From Actinomycetes bacterium (GTDB taxonomy: Bacteria > Actinomycetota > UBA4738 > HRBIN12), in NCBI GenBank assembly GCA_031423155.1, contig JANPEZ010000113.1, forward strand, positions 814-64,813: a stretch of 64,000 nucleotides of DNA. Reading direction: 5' to 3'. Under the pieces are notes generated by a model that ran no database searches, was not told where the DNA came from, and worked only from the letters and a program-made list of their open reading frames with translations. Position numbers and translations under genes: made by a program. Of the stretch, positions 38,397 to 48,463 are shown piece after piece. Numbering within the stretch: position 1 is the stretch's first letter; every line of letters starts with the position of its first letter.

Positions 38397-41300
38397 CTAT
38401 CCGGCCAGAGCGCGGATCTGCCGCAGTGCCACCGTCAGCTGCGCGATGTCAGTAACGCCTTCCATCGCAAGGGTTCGCATGAACCTGTGGAGCCGGGCGA
38501 AGGGCTCGGCCCTGCTCTCCAGGAATGCAGCCACGGCTTCCTCGACGCTCGCACCTTCCGGTGCCTCTTCGATGACGCGCTCGGCTATCTGGCGGCGGAC
38601 CAGGAATACATCGTCCTCCATCGACTGAACGGCCCAGCGTTGCCAGCGAGAACCTGTGGGCAGTTCCTCAAGGCGGTATTCGAGCCAGTCGATGTCGAGC
38701 TTCTCGCCGAGCATGAAGAAGACCCTGGCCACGTCGAGGACCTCGTGTCCGCAGGCCCGGCTGACCGTGATGATGTCCGGGCCGTGGACCAGTTCGGCCT
38801 GGAAGGCGTGGCGGCGGGCGGTCTGCTCGGGCACTCCCTCGGCGACCAGGCGGCGAACGATGTGCTCGTGTTCCTCGCGCCAGGTGTCCGAGCCGACCCC
38901 GTCGATGACGGCGGACAGCTCGGCGAAGGAGGCGGCAGCACCCTCGATCGCCTCGGAGAGCCGGGCGCCACCACCCTGGACCAACCACCAGCGCGAGGTC
39001 GCCTCTACGAGCCAGTCGACGCCGCTCAGAAGCTCGTTCTGAACAACCGGGTCGATCAGGCCGTCGAGCGACTCGACCGAGGCCCAACGCTCGACCGCAC
39101 CGGTGACGTCACGCGCGATACGGAATGCGCGCACAACGTCGGCGGGCTGGGCGCCGGTTTCGGTAGCCATCCGCGTGATGAACGTGATCCCCTGCGAGTT
39201 GACTACATCGTTCGCGATGATCGTGGCGTTCAACTCTCTACGCAGGGGGTGTTCATTCAGCAGAGGCCCGAAACGCTCCACGACGGCGGGCGGGAAATAG
39301 CGCCGAAGGTCGGCCTCCAGGTAGGCCGAGTCGGGAAGGTCGCTGCGAAGGATCGCGGCGGCCAGGGATCGCTTGGCGTAGGCCAGCAGCACCGCGAGCT
39401 CGGGACGGGCCATCCCGGCACCGGCCGCCCGCCGCTCAGCCATCTCCTCGGTCGTGGGCAGGAACTCGACCTCTCGCTCCAGCTCTCCCTCGGACTCGAG
39501 CTGTTGCATCAGATCCTCGTAGGACTCGATGCGCTGGGTCGAGACTTCGGCTTCCTGGGAGAGGATCTGAGCCTGCAGGTAGTTCGTGTACAGCACATGC
39601 GCCGTTACGTCCTGTGCGCATGACTCGAGGAGCTCGTTGCGGGCCTCGACGGTCAGCTCTCCCCGCTGGACCGCGAGGCCGAGCAGGATCTTCAGGTTGA
39701 CTTCGTGGTCGGAGCAGTCGACGCCGGCGGAGTTGTCGATGAAGTCGGTGTTGATACGCCCGCCGGCCTGCGCGTACTCGACGCGGCCGCGCTGGGTGAA
39801 CCCGAGGTTGCCGCCTTCGCCCACGACCCGGCAGCGAAGGTCCTTGCCGCTTACCCGGATCGCGTCGTTCGCGCGGTCCCCTGCCTCTGCGTTGGCCTCC
39901 TTTGAGGACTTCACGTAGGTGCCGATGCCCCCGTTCCAGAAGAGATCGACGGGTGCCTTCAAGATCGCTTTCATCACTTCGGCGGGCGTCATCTCCTCGG
40001 GGGCATCCTCGGCGATGCCGATCACGGCCCGGGCCTCGAATGAGAGTGTCACCGACTTGGCCTTGCGGTCCAGCACCGCCCCCCCCTCGGAAAGGAGCGA
40101 AGTGTCGTAGTCGGCCCAGGAGGAACCGGGCGTGTCGAACAGCCTGCGGCGTTCTACGAACGAGGCGGCGGGATCGGGCGAGGGATCCAAGAAGATGTTG
40201 CGGTGATCGAAGGCGGCCACCAGCCTTATCTGCTCGGACAGCAGCATCCCGTTGCCGAAGACATCGCCGGACATGTCGCCGACCCCGATGACCGTGAAGG
40301 GATGAGTCATCACGTCGACACCTATCTCGCGGAAGTGGCGCTTGACCGACTCCCACGCGCCGCGCGCGGTTATGGCCAGCTTCTTGTGGTCGTAGCCGGC
40401 GCTGCCGCCGCTGGCGAACGCGTCTCCCAACCAGAAGCCGTACTCTGCGCTGACCCGGTTCGCGGTATCGGAGAAGGTCGCGGTCCCTTTGTCGGCAGCG
40501 ACCACCAGGTAGGGGTCGTCATCGTCCAGAACGCGAACGTCGGCGGGGTGAACCACGGAACCATCGACGAGGTTGTCGGTCAGATCGAGCAGCCCACGCA
40601 TGAAGGTCACGTACTGGGTACTGACCTCCCGCTTCAGCTCCTCGGGGGTCGCCGTCGCGCGCTTCAGGATGAACCCACCCTTCGACCCGTCGGGAACTAT
40701 GACCGCGTTCTTCACCTTCTGGGCCTTCATCAGGCCGAGGACCTCGGTGCGGTAGTCCTCCTTGCGATCGGACCAACGGATGCCACCACGAGCGACCTTG
40801 CCTCCGCGCAGGTGGATGGCTTCCATCTCCGGCGAGTAGACGAAGATCTCGTACAACGGGAAGGGCTTGGGCATCTCCGGAACGTCTGCGGATGCGATCT
40901 TGAACGACAGGGTGTTGCGCCCGGGCCGGTATGCGTTGGTCCGCAGCGTCGCGTCGATGGTCCCGAGGAAGCCCCTGATGATCCGGTCCTGATCGAGCGA
41001 GGCCACCGAGCGCAGATCACGCAGGATCTCTTTCCTCAGTTGGTCGACCTGTTCGTCCGGCGCAGCTCTTGCCGGGTCGAACTTAGCTTCGAAGAGCCGG
41101 ACGAGTCGCGCCGCGATGTGAGGGTTCTCGGCGAACGCGTCGTTCTGGTACTCCTCGGTGAAACTGGCCGACACGCGCTGGCGATACTTGCGGTAGGCCC
41201 GCAGGATGGCGACCTCCCGGTGGGTCAGCGAGGCGGAGATGACCAGCCTGTTGAGCGAGTCGGTCTCAGCCTCCCCCCGCCAGATCGCGCTGATGGTGTC

Positions 41301-43193
41301 CGATACTCGCTCGGCGCTGGCCTCGAGGTCGAGCACCGCGCCGCGGGCATCGAGGACCCCGAAGTCGTGGATGTAGACCTTGCCCTCGCCTTGCAGGGCG
41401 GTCGGAACCTCCTCGACGACTCGAAGACCCAGCGATTCGAGGATGGGCATGAAGTCCGACAGATCGATCTTGCCGCCGGTCTTGTAGAGAGAGGCGCGTG
41501 TGAGCCGCTCGCCGGCGGCCTCGTTGCCCAAGCCGACGACGAAGCCTTGATCGCTCGACTCGAGCTCCTCCAGCCGGGCGACATCGCCCGCGATCAGTTC
41601 CCAGTCCGCGTTGGACTTGTAGTACTCGGGGAATCGCGCCGACCACTTGCTGGCAAGACCCGCACCCTCCTGCCCGTGGTGCTTGATCAATACGTCGTTG
41701 AGATCGTCGTCCCAGGTGCGCGCCAGCCGCATGACCTCTTCTTCAAGCTCCTCGAACGGAACGTCCGGGATGTGGCCGTGATCGATGTGAACCGTGAAGA
41801 AGATGCGGGCCACCTCGGACTCGCCCAATGCCAGGTGATAGTCGACGGAGGACCCGTTGAAGCGATCGACGAAGAGTTTCTGAAGCTTCTTGCGCAGGGC
41901 CGCGTTGAACCGGTCGCGTGGAAGCGCGACGACCACCGAAACACTGCGCCCGTAGAGGTCGCGGCGGACGAGAACCCGGATCCCCTGCTGTTTCTCGAGC
42001 TGCAGCAGACCGCGAACCAGAACCCGAAGCTCCTCGGTCGAGGCAAGGAACAGTTCGTCCTTCGGAAATGACTCGAAGAGCGCAACGGCGGCCTTGTAAT
42101 CGTGCGAACCCTCGAAGAGGTCCTCGGCGGCCAGGATCTGCTCGAGCTTGTGGTGAAGAAGCGGCGTCTTGGAGGCCGGGTCCATGTAGGCCTTGGACGT
42201 GAATAGCCCGATCAGGCGAGCCTCTCCGATGATGGACCCGTCGGCTGCGATCTTGCGGATCCCGATGTAGTCCATCCGCGCGCGCCGGTGCACCGTGGAT
42301 TGCGAGTTGGTCTTGGAGTAGATGAGCAGGTCGCCGTCTTCGATGCGGGCGCGCAGCGCCGGATCAAGACCCGAAAGCTGCACCGGCGTGGCGAAGGAGG
42401 ACCGGCCGGCATCCGACAAGATCCCCAACCCGGTGTTGGGTACAGCTTGCAGCGCCCGGCCCTCGGCAGTATCGATCAAGTCGTATTCGCGATACCCGAG
42501 CAGCACGAAATTCAGCTGCGAGAGCCACTGCAGGAAATCGACGGTCTCGCCGACCTCACTAGGGTCGTATCGAACCGCGCCGACTCGGGCAAGCTCGATC
42601 ATGTGAACGACTCGCTCCTGCATCGCCTCGAAATCTCTGACGACGAGGCGCACGTCGCGAAGCACGTTCCGGATGCTCTCGGCGAGATCTGCCAACTCTT
42701 CGTCCGAGAGGCGCCGATCCACCTCGATGTGCATCACGGATTCCCGGTGCAAGGCCTCACGGGCGTGAAGGACGCGCTCGATGTGGCCGCCCTCACCCCT
42801 GGCGGTGCCGATGACGGGGTGAAGCAGACGGCGGACGTTCAGGTTGCGAGCAGCCAGCTCCTCGGTTACGGAATCGACGAGGAACGGCGCGTCGTCGGTG
42901 TTCGTTTCCAGCACCGACCCGACGGTTCCGTATCCATCTGTCGCGATATCCGGGTTGAAGGCTCGGACGGCGCTCGGGTCATCTCCTCTGGAATCCGCCA
43001 GTTCGAAGGCGCCCATGACCTGGGCGAAGAGCTCCTCCAAGGGGACGCCGGAGGTCTCCTCTTCGGAGAGACGGCGGGTGTATGCCTTGGAGAAGGCGGA
43101 GATGGCGTCGCGGCGCTCGGGAGCGGCACGCTCGGAGATCAGGACGAGCAACTCCTCGATAGCGGACGCCGGGGTCTGGGTCTGCGGGTCCAC
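38397..43193 (-). CDS. gdhB: Large NAD-specific glutamate dehydrogenase
   Basis: DDAPFLVDSV, ARGGIRWSDR.EDYRTEVLGLMKAQKVKNAVIVP.GSKGGF, DPYLVVAADKGTATFSD, GDMSGDVFGNGML and NTDFIDNSAGVDCSDHEVN. Start placed at GTG 43193. Confidence 0.96.
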   Translation of the reverse strand: MDPQTQTPASAIEELLVLISERAAPERRDAISAFSKAYTRRLSEEETSGVPLEELFAQVMGAFELADSRGDDPSAVRAFNPDIATDGYGTVGSVLETNTDDAPFLVDSVTEELAARNLNVRRLLHPVIGTARGEGGHIERVLHAREALHRESVMHIEVDRRLSDEELADLAESIRNVLRDVRLVVRDFEAMQERVVHMIELARVGAVRYDPSEVGETVDFLQWLSQLNFVLLGYREYDLIDTAEGRALQAVPNTGLGILSDAGRSSFATPVQLSGLDPALRARIEDGDLLIYSKTNSQSTVHRRARMDYIGIRKIAADGSIIGEARLIGLFTSKAYMDPASKTPLLHHKLEQILAAEDLFEGSHDYKAAVALFESFPKDELFLASTEELRVLVRGLLQLEKQQGIRVLVRRDLYGRSVSVVVALPRDRFNAALRKKLQKLFVDRFNGSSVDYHLALGESEVARIFFTVHIDHGHIPDVPFEELEEEVMRLARTWDDDLNDVLIKHHGQEGAGLASKWSARFPEYYKSNADWELIAGDVARLEELESSDQGFVVGLGNEAAGERLTRASLYKTGGKIDLSDFMPILESLGLRVVEEVPTALQGEGKVYIHDFGVLDARGAVLDLEASAERVSDTISAIWRGEAETDSLNRLVISASLTHREVAILRAYRKYRQRVSASFTEEYQNDAFAENPHIAARLVRLFEAKFDPARAAPDEQVDQLRKEILRDLRSVASLDQDRIIRGFLGTIDATLRTNAYRPGRNTLSFKIASADVPEMPKPFPLYEIFVYSPEMEAIHLRGGKVARGGIRWSDRKEDYRTEVLGLMKAQKVKNAVIVPDGSKGGFILKRATATPEELKREVSTQYVTFMRGLLDLTDNLVDGSVVHPADVRVLDDDDPYLVVAADKGTATFSDTANRVSAEYGFWLGDAFASGGSAGYDHKKLAITARGAWESVKRHFREIGVDVMTHPFTVIGVGDMSGDVFGNGMLLSEQIRLVAAFDHRNIFLDPSPDPAASFVERRRLFDTPGSSWADYDTSLLSEGGAVLDRKAKSVTLSFEARAVIGIAEDAPEEMTPAEVMKAILKAPVDLFWNGGIGTYVKSSKEANAEAGDRANDAIRVSGKDLRCRVVGEGGNLGFTQRGRVEYAQAGGRINTDFIDNSAGVDCSDHEVNLKILLGLAVQRGELTVEARNELLESCAQDVTAHVLYTNYLQAQILSQEAEVSTQRIESYEDLMQQLESEGELEREVEFLPTTEEMAERRAAGAGMARPELAVLLAYAKRSLAAAILRSDLPDSAYLEADLRRYFPPAVVERFGPLLNEHPLRRELNATIIANDVVNSQGITFITRMATETGAQPADVVRAFRIARDVTGAVERWASVESLDGLIDPVVQNELLSGVDWLVEATSRWWLVQGGGARLSEAIEGAAASFAELSAVIDGVGSDTWREEHEHIVRRLVAEGVPEQTARRHAFQAELVHGPDIITVSRACGHEVLDVARVFFMLGEKLDIDWLEYRLEELPTGSRWQRWAVQSMEDDVFLVRRQIAERVIEEAPEGASVEEAVAAFLESRAEPFARLHRFMRTLAMEGVTDIAQLTVALRQIRALAG

Positions 43194-43279
43194 GAGGGAA
43201 CATTCTCGCAGGTCCGGATGGGCGTCGGCGTGGTGTGGACAGGTGAAGTGGGCGGCCGGTCTTACGCCTGGACGGCGCA

Positions 43280-44182
43280 CTATCGCGCCGCGTAGTCGGG
43301 GTAGTTGGCTTCCACGATCGGAATGAGGCCAGTCAGGTAGGCACCCCCCGTGCAGCCTCGGCACCACGCGCTCGCGTTGATCCACCTCGCGGTCGCGGCC
43401 GCCGGCGAGCATCCGCGAAGGGAGGACAGGATGGACTCGTACCCGTAGGAAGCTGCCCCCCCGGTCAGGGTCTCGACCGACGCCCGGACGCCCTGTTGCA
43501 CGGACATGTAGTTCTTGACCCCGACCGAGTTGAAGTTGGTCGCACCGGCCATGGAGTGCGTCGTCGCCAAGGGATTGAACCGGGCAGCCGTCGACTCCTG
43601 CGTCTGCCATGCGACGACAACGAGCAGGTTGTCGCCGCAGTCGGGTGCGCCGATGGCGGCAAGGAAGAGGCGCGCCCAACCCTCGTAGGTCCGTGAGACC
43701 GCGCCGGTTCCATCGCTAAGCCGGTCGACCAGCGCTTGAAGGTCATCCCTCTTCGACTGCATGTCGACCAGACGATCCTGGAAGCCTTGCACGCTCCGGG
43801 AAGTCGACGCGAAGGCCTCGCTCCGCTTCAGGCGGTGGTAGCGCAGGAGTGCCCGGTTGAGCTCGACCAGTTCCAGGGGCGGGGACATCATGCTCACGCG
43901 TAACGCCTCGGGGTTGGGGATCAGAACGCCGGCCTCACGCGCACTTGCGCGGGCGAAGTACAGGTGCCGCTCGGCCAGCAGGGCCCTGCCCTGCGATAGG
44001 TTCAAGTCGCCGATGCCCGCTCCCATCCGGGCTTGCACGGCGGCGATCCTGTGGTCGAGGTCGGCGAGCGCGACCCGAGCCGACGACAGGGTTGCCGGGA
44101 CCTGGGCGCGCGCGGGCAGCCCCCCGACGAGCGAAGAGACGGCGAGCAGCGCTGCTGCGAACCTGGATACGAGCCGGACCAC
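43280..44182 (-). CDS. Secreted coiled-coil protein with a C-terminal putative lysozyme-like cell-wall hydrolase domain
   Basis: Signal peptide (PARA|Q), heptad-rich middle, C-terminal WQTQES..ARFNPLATT...NFNSVGVKNY. Hydrolase function is inferred. Confidence 0.6.
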   Translation of the reverse strand: MVRLVSRFAAALLAVSSLVGGLPARAQVPATLSSARVALADLDHRIAAVQARMGAGIGDLNLSQGRALLAERHLYFARASAREAGVLIPNPEALRVSMMSPPLELVELNRALLRYHRLKRSEAFASTSRSVQGFQDRLVDMQSKRDDLQALVDRLSDGTGAVSRTYEGWARLFLAAIGAPDCGDNLLVVVAWQTQESTAARFNPLATTHSMAGATNFNSVGVKNYMSVQQGVRASVETLTGGAASYGYESILSSLRGCSPAAATARWINASAWCRGCTGGAYLTGLIPIVEANYPDYAAR

Positions 44183-44189
44183 GACCGTG

Positions 44190-44216
44190 GTATCGACTGA
44201 GCGCGGCCGAGCCTTG
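44190..44216 (-). promoter_or_regulatory. sigma28/WhiG-like promoter
   Basis: CAAG-N15-GTCGATAC on the minus strand, 7 nt before GTG 44182. Confidence 0.5.
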
Positions 44217-44221
44217 AACCG

Positions 44222-46069
44222 CTAGGAGGACCGGCGCGCCGCCTCGACGACCTCGGCGGCCAGGTCGAAACGGCCGAACTGAGGCATCAGGTAGATGCCC
44301 TGGACCTGGGAACGTAGCTCCTCTATCAGTTCGGTGGCCATCGCTATCCCGGTCTTGCCCGAGTCATCGCCTGCCGCGGCCAGCCGCTCTCGGGCCTCGT
44401 CCGGGATCAAGATCCCGGGCACCTCGTTGTGCAGGAACTCGGCGTGACGACCGGTGACCAGGGGCAGCACCCCGGCGAGCACGGGCACGGTGAGCTCGCC
44501 GAACTCCCGCTCGTAGGCATCGCGTAGGAGCGAGATCGGTTCGACGGAATACACCGGCTGAGACAGCAGGAACCGAGCCCCGCTATCCACCTTCTTGCGC
44601 AGCAGTCGAACCTCCCTGACCAGGTCGCCCGCCACGGGAGAGACCGCCGCGCCTGCGAAGAAGGATGTCGGCTCGCCGATGGAGGCGCCGGAACGATCGA
44701 GTCCCCGGTTGAACTCCTCGTTTATCAGGGAAAGAAGGCCGGTGGCGGTCACGTCGACGTTGTTGGACCCCTGGGGGAAGTCACCGATCGTCACGGGATC
44801 GCCGACGCAGACGAAGATGTTGCGGATCCCGAGCGCATGCGCACCAAGAAGATCGCCCTGCAAACGCAGGAGATTCCTGCCGCGGGTCGGGAAGTGAAGC
44901 GTCGTCTCGGCCCCGGCCTGATCCTGGATGGCCCTGCACGCGGCCCAGGCACTCATCCTCATCTTGGCCATCGGGCTGTCGGCGACGTCTACAACATCGG
45001 CGCCGGCGGAGGTGAGGGTTTCGGCCGCCGCTACCAGGCGGGACACATCGAAGGATCGCGGGGGTTCCATCTCTACGGCGATAACGAATGCTCCACGTGA
45101 GAGCTTCTCCTGCAGTCCCGTGGGAACTACCGAAACCCCGGTAACCGCGGAAGAGGGTTCCACGTACTCTGCGACATCGACGAGCGCACGACCGGGTGCA
45201 CGTTCAATGGCCGCCGCGACCGCCGATGTGTGGGCGGGTCCGGTTCCGCAGCATCCTCCGATCAGCGCGACTCCTTCGTCAAGCATCGCTCGAGCATGGT
45301 CGGCGAAGTATCCGGGGGTCGCGGGATAGACGAAGCGCCCACCGACCTGTCGCGGCCCCCCGGCATTCGCGCGGGCGAGCATCGGCAGGCCGGCCGCGAC
45401 CGGGGCCATGGCTCGAACGACCCTAAGGGCTTGGGCGGGTCCCTCCCCGCAGTTCACGCCGATCGCGTCGGCCCCCAACTCTGCCAGCCGGGCCGCCACC
45501 TGCGCTGGCGTCGAACCGAGCAGCGTCCGGTCGTCGCGGGTGAAGGTCGAGCTTGCGAGCACCGCGAGCCCGGGAGCTGCTTCATGGGACGCGGCCAGCG
45601 CCTGTTCCATCTCTCGCAGGTCGGTCTGTGTCTCGATGATCAGCACGTCGACCCCGGCTTCCGCCAGTGCCTCGATGGCCTCGGAGTAGGCATCGAAGGC
45701 GGCCTCGGCCGAGACCCTTCCGTAGGGGGCGAGCCTCACGCCCAAGGGACCGACGGATCCGGCAACGTACTCGGCGCCCGACCCCCGGGCGATCTCGACG
45801 CCGGCACGGACCAATGGGCCAACGGAACCCGATAACCCGTGCCGTTCGAGCCGGAATCTGTTCGCGCCGAACGTATTCGTCAGGACCAGCCTGGCCCCGG
45901 CCTCGACGAACCCCCGATGAACATCTCCGACGGCGACAGGATCCTGCAGGTTCAACGCCTCGAAGCAAGAGTCGATCGGCCTGCCGCCTTCGATCAGAGA
46001 CGTGCCCATCCCCCCGTCGGCCAGGAGGGGCCCAGTCGCCAGCACTGCGCGGAGCTCGACGCCGTTCAT
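44222..46069 (-). CDS. yitJ: Bifunctional homocysteine S-methyltransferase / methylenetetrahydrofolate reductase
   Basis: DGGMGT, TNTFGAN, GVNC, GGCCGTGP.H; second domain VEMEPP, DSPMAKMRMS, TRGRNL..LQGDLLGAHALG, GD, KKVDSGA.F..SQP and GIYLMP. Confidence 0.93.
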   Translation of the reverse strand: MNGVELRAVLATGPLLADGGMGTSLIEGGRPIDSCFEALNLQDPVAVGDVHRGFVEAGARLVLTNTFGANRFRLERHGLSGSVGPLVRAGVEIARGSGAEYVAGSVGPLGVRLAPYGRVSAEAAFDAYSEAIEALAEAGVDVLIIETQTDLREMEQALAASHEAAPGLAVLASSTFTRDDRTLLGSTPAQVAARLAELGADAIGVNCGEGPAQALRVVRAMAPVAAGLPMLARANAGGPRQVGGRFVYPATPGYFADHARAMLDEGVALIGGCCGTGPAHTSAVAAAIERAPGRALVDVAEYVEPSSAVTGVSVVPTGLQEKLSRGAFVIAVEMEPPRSFDVSRLVAAAETLTSAGADVVDVADSPMAKMRMSAWAACRAIQDQAGAETTLHFPTRGRNLLRLQGDLLGAHALGIRNIFVCVGDPVTIGDFPQGSNNVDVTATGLLSLINEEFNRGLDRSGASIGEPTSFFAGAAVSPVAGDLVREVRLLRKKVDSGARFLLSQPVYSVEPISLLRDAYEREFGELTVPVLAGVLPLVTGRHAEFLHNEVPGILIPDEARERLAAAGDDSGKTGIAMATELIEELRSQVQGIYLMPQFGRFDLAAEVVEAARRSS

Positions 46070-46171
46070 GACGGGAGTTTCCCAGGCTCGGAGCCGGCCC
46101 CGGCCGGTTGCTCGACGGGGCGACCTCCGGTGGCTAGGATGAGCCGCTCCAAGCGGGAGGGGCGGACGCTA

Positions 46172-46975
46172 GTGGATCGAAGGTTGCATCTGTGCGTCGC
46201 GGCGCTGCTCCTCGCGCTGTCCGCCTGCAGGTTCTCCACTTCAGATCCCGGGTCTACGCAGAGCCCCAGTCCGACCCCGACGGAGCGACCCGCCGTCGCC
46301 GGACTCAAGGCGGCGCCCAAGCCTTTCAAGGCCGACCCATCGTCGTGGCGGATGACGCTCACTTGGACGGCCCCCGTCGGCTTCGAGGCGGACCACTACG
46401 TTATAACGCGCGACACACGCTCGATCGCGAAGGACGTTATGGGTACAACCTTCGTGGACGAGGGGATCGAGCCAGACGAGAAGTACCGCTATTCCGTGAC
46501 CGGCGTCTCCGCGGACGGGGCGCAGACCAAGCCGGCGATCACGGTAGTGACGACCGATCCCCTGCCGGACTCCGACGCGAGGCTGCAGGGCAAGTTCCTG
46601 ATGAAGATGCATACGACCTCGAGCAACGTAGGCGCGTCCGGCAACTTCGGGATGCTCTGGACGTTCGACCCCAAGTGCGCTTCCGGTCCGTGCGAAGTGA
46701 CTTGGAGCGCGAAGGGACGCAGCGGCTCCGGGGTTCTCAAGCAGAAGGGGGCAACCTACTCGGGCACCATCTATGCGCCGTTCATGATCTTGAGCTGCCA
46801 CGGTGGCTCCTTCAACGAGGCCTTGACGTTCACGTTCCATATCACGGAGTCATCGACCGTCGGAGGCCAGTGGAGGGCGACCAGGTTCCAGGGGTCGATG
46901 TTCGAGAGTGCGAGCTATTCGGGCTGCGTAACGGGTCGGAACTCCTATACATATGCGGGGCAAGTGCAGTCATGA
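46172..46975 (+). CDS. Lipoprotein with Fn3-like domain and Cys-paired C-terminal beta domain
   Basis: Lipobox LSA|C; Fn3-like LTW...YVITRD...FVD.G......YRYSVT; WTFDPKCASGPC. Confidence 0.7.
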   Translation: MDRRLHLCVAALLLALSACRFSTSDPGSTQSPSPTPTERPAVAGLKAAPKPFKADPSSWRMTLTWTAPVGFEADHYVITRDTRSIAKDVMGTTFVDEGIEPDEKYRYSVTGVSADGAQTKPAITVVTTDPLPDSDARLQGKFLMKMHTTSSNVGASGNFGMLWTFDPKCASGPCEVTWSAKGRSGSGVLKQKGATYSGTIYAPFMILSCHGGSFNEALTFTFHITESSTVGGQWRATRFQGSMFESASYSGCVTGRNSYTYAGQVQS

Positions 46976-48021
46976 CGGATCCGCAGGAGCCGAACGAACC
47001 GCAGATGGGGCCCCCGGAGGGTCAGGATTCGGCGTCACCGCCACCTCCGCCGATCCCCGTGGTGACTCCCGTCCCCTCGGACTTCCTGACTCCAACGGTT
47101 CCGTTCGAGACGATCGAGCCGGAGCCATCCCAGGGTGTTGCCGGCTCACCTATTCCCTCCACGGCTCCAGGCAGTATGCCGGCGCCCTCTCGCCTCAGAC
47201 GCGGCGCCGCGATAGGACTGGCGATACTGCTCGCGATCGGAGGCGTCACCGCCGCCATCTTGGCGTCCGGAGGAAAGGCGCTGGTCGCCCCGTCGGGTCC
47301 TCCCGACGCACCCACGGACGTTACGGCGAAGGCCCGGGCGTGCGCGCCACCAAAGTGCGACACCGTTCACGGCGAGGTTGAGGTGGCGTGGTCGGCATCC
47401 GGCGGCGACCCGACCAAGTACACGATCTCGCGCGACGGTTTCCAGGTAGGAACGACCGAGGGCGACCAGACCGGCTTCATCGACGAAGACGCGGGCCTCG
47501 GCGAGAAAGTGTCCTACACGGTTACGGCCACGAACGCGGAAGGCACCTCATCCGAGTCGGCTGCCGGAACCGTCAAGATCCCTGTCCCTCCGCTCACCGC
47601 CGCGCAGCTTTCGGGAACCTACCGCGTCGTCGAGACGGTAACGCGCGCAACGTTCCTGGGTCGGTTCGAGGGCATCGACTCCCCCACGCCGGGCGACACG
47701 ACGACGAGCACCTGGACGTTCTCACCCACCTGCCACTCCAACGAGGGGGCGTGCCCTACGAAGATCTTCGGCGACAACCCGCCGTTGAAGCCGAAGGGCA
47801 GGGTCTACACCGGATCCCCCAACCAGGAGAAGGCTAGGTGCAACAGCGGCTCGGCGGTGCCGACCGACAACGACTACCGGTTGGTGATAACGAAAGCCAA
47901 GGTCACGTCCACATGGACGGTGTCGGCTTTCACCGGGACCTACTCGGTCTCATTCACGTGCAGCGGAGGATTCACCTCGAGCGGAACCGTCAAGGTAACC
48001 GGCACCTACAAGGGGAGCTAG
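46972..48021 (+). CDS. Pro-rich, single-TM protein with Fn3-like domain and paralogous C-terminal domain
   Basis: Pro-rich N-terminus, TM IGLAILLAIGGVTAAILA, Fn3-like PDAPTDV...VAW...YTISRDG...FIDE...YTVTA, and WTFSPTC....GAC. ATG overlaps the previous TGA. Confidence 0.7.
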   Translation: MTDPQEPNEPQMGPPEGQDSASPPPPPIPVVTPVPSDFLTPTVPFETIEPEPSQGVAGSPIPSTAPGSMPAPSRLRRGAAIGLAILLAIGGVTAAILASGGKALVAPSGPPDAPTDVTAKARACAPPKCDTVHGEVEVAWSASGGDPTKYTISRDGFQVGTTEGDQTGFIDEDAGLGEKVSYTVTATNAEGTSSESAAGTVKIPVPPLTAAQLSGTYRVVETVTRATFLGRFEGIDSPTPGDTTTSTWTFSPTCHSNEGACPTKIFGDNPPLKPKGRVYTGSPNQEKARCNSGSAVPTDNDYRLVITKAKVTSTWTVSAFTGTYSVSFTCSGGFTSSGTVKVTGTYKGS

Positions 48022-48425
48022 CCGGCCACTATCTCCAAGCTGTGAGATAGCTCGACGTTCGGCCGGAGCGTCGCAGCGACCGAACAGTATCTGGACTCGG
48101 ACAGTTCGATCGCCCGCTCGGCCTTCGCCGGATCGACGTCTCCCGTGATGATGAAGTGCAGGTGGATCCCGGTGAACGCCCAAGGGGCTTCGGGCTCTTG
48201 CTCGGACGTGATCTTGACTTCTAGGCCCTCCAGAGCCTGCCGCTGTTTCCGCAGGATGTTCACCACATCCCAGGACGTACACGCGGCGAGCGAGATGGGG
48301 ACCAGGTCGGAGGGTTTGGCGCCCACCCCTTGCGGATCGGTGTCGATCCCGAAGACATGACCCTGCTGGTCTCTGCCTTCGAAACCGAATCCCTCTCCCG
48401 TCCAGCGCAGGCCCTGCTCACTCAT
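48018..48425 (-). CDS. OsmC family protein
   Basis: KPSDL...SLAACT and AIELSESRYCSV (two conserved Cys). Confidence 0.88.
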   Translation of the reverse strand: MSEQGLRWTGEGFGFEGRDQQGHVFGIDTDPQGVGAKPSDLVPISLAACTSWDVVNILRKQRQALEGLEVKITSEQEPEAPWAFTGIHLHFIITGDVDPAKAERAIELSESRYCSVAATLRPNVELSHSLEIVAG

Positions 48426-48463
48426 GGGGGCAGTCTATGGTTCCGGGCGGTTACCCTCCTCTC

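Noticed and set aside
38351-38628. Near-perfect SD AAAGGAGG followed by ATG 38371 and an 85-aa plus-strand ORF
   Set aside because: The ORF is antisense to the gdh 3' end and has no recognisable features. The SD is more simply explained as the complement of the anti-SD-like tract in the MFS leader. Not formally excluded.
46070-46140. SAM riboswitch upstream of yitJ
   Set aside because: Only a GCAACC fragment is present; the region is about 70 nt and lacks the other SAM-I/SAM-IV core elements.
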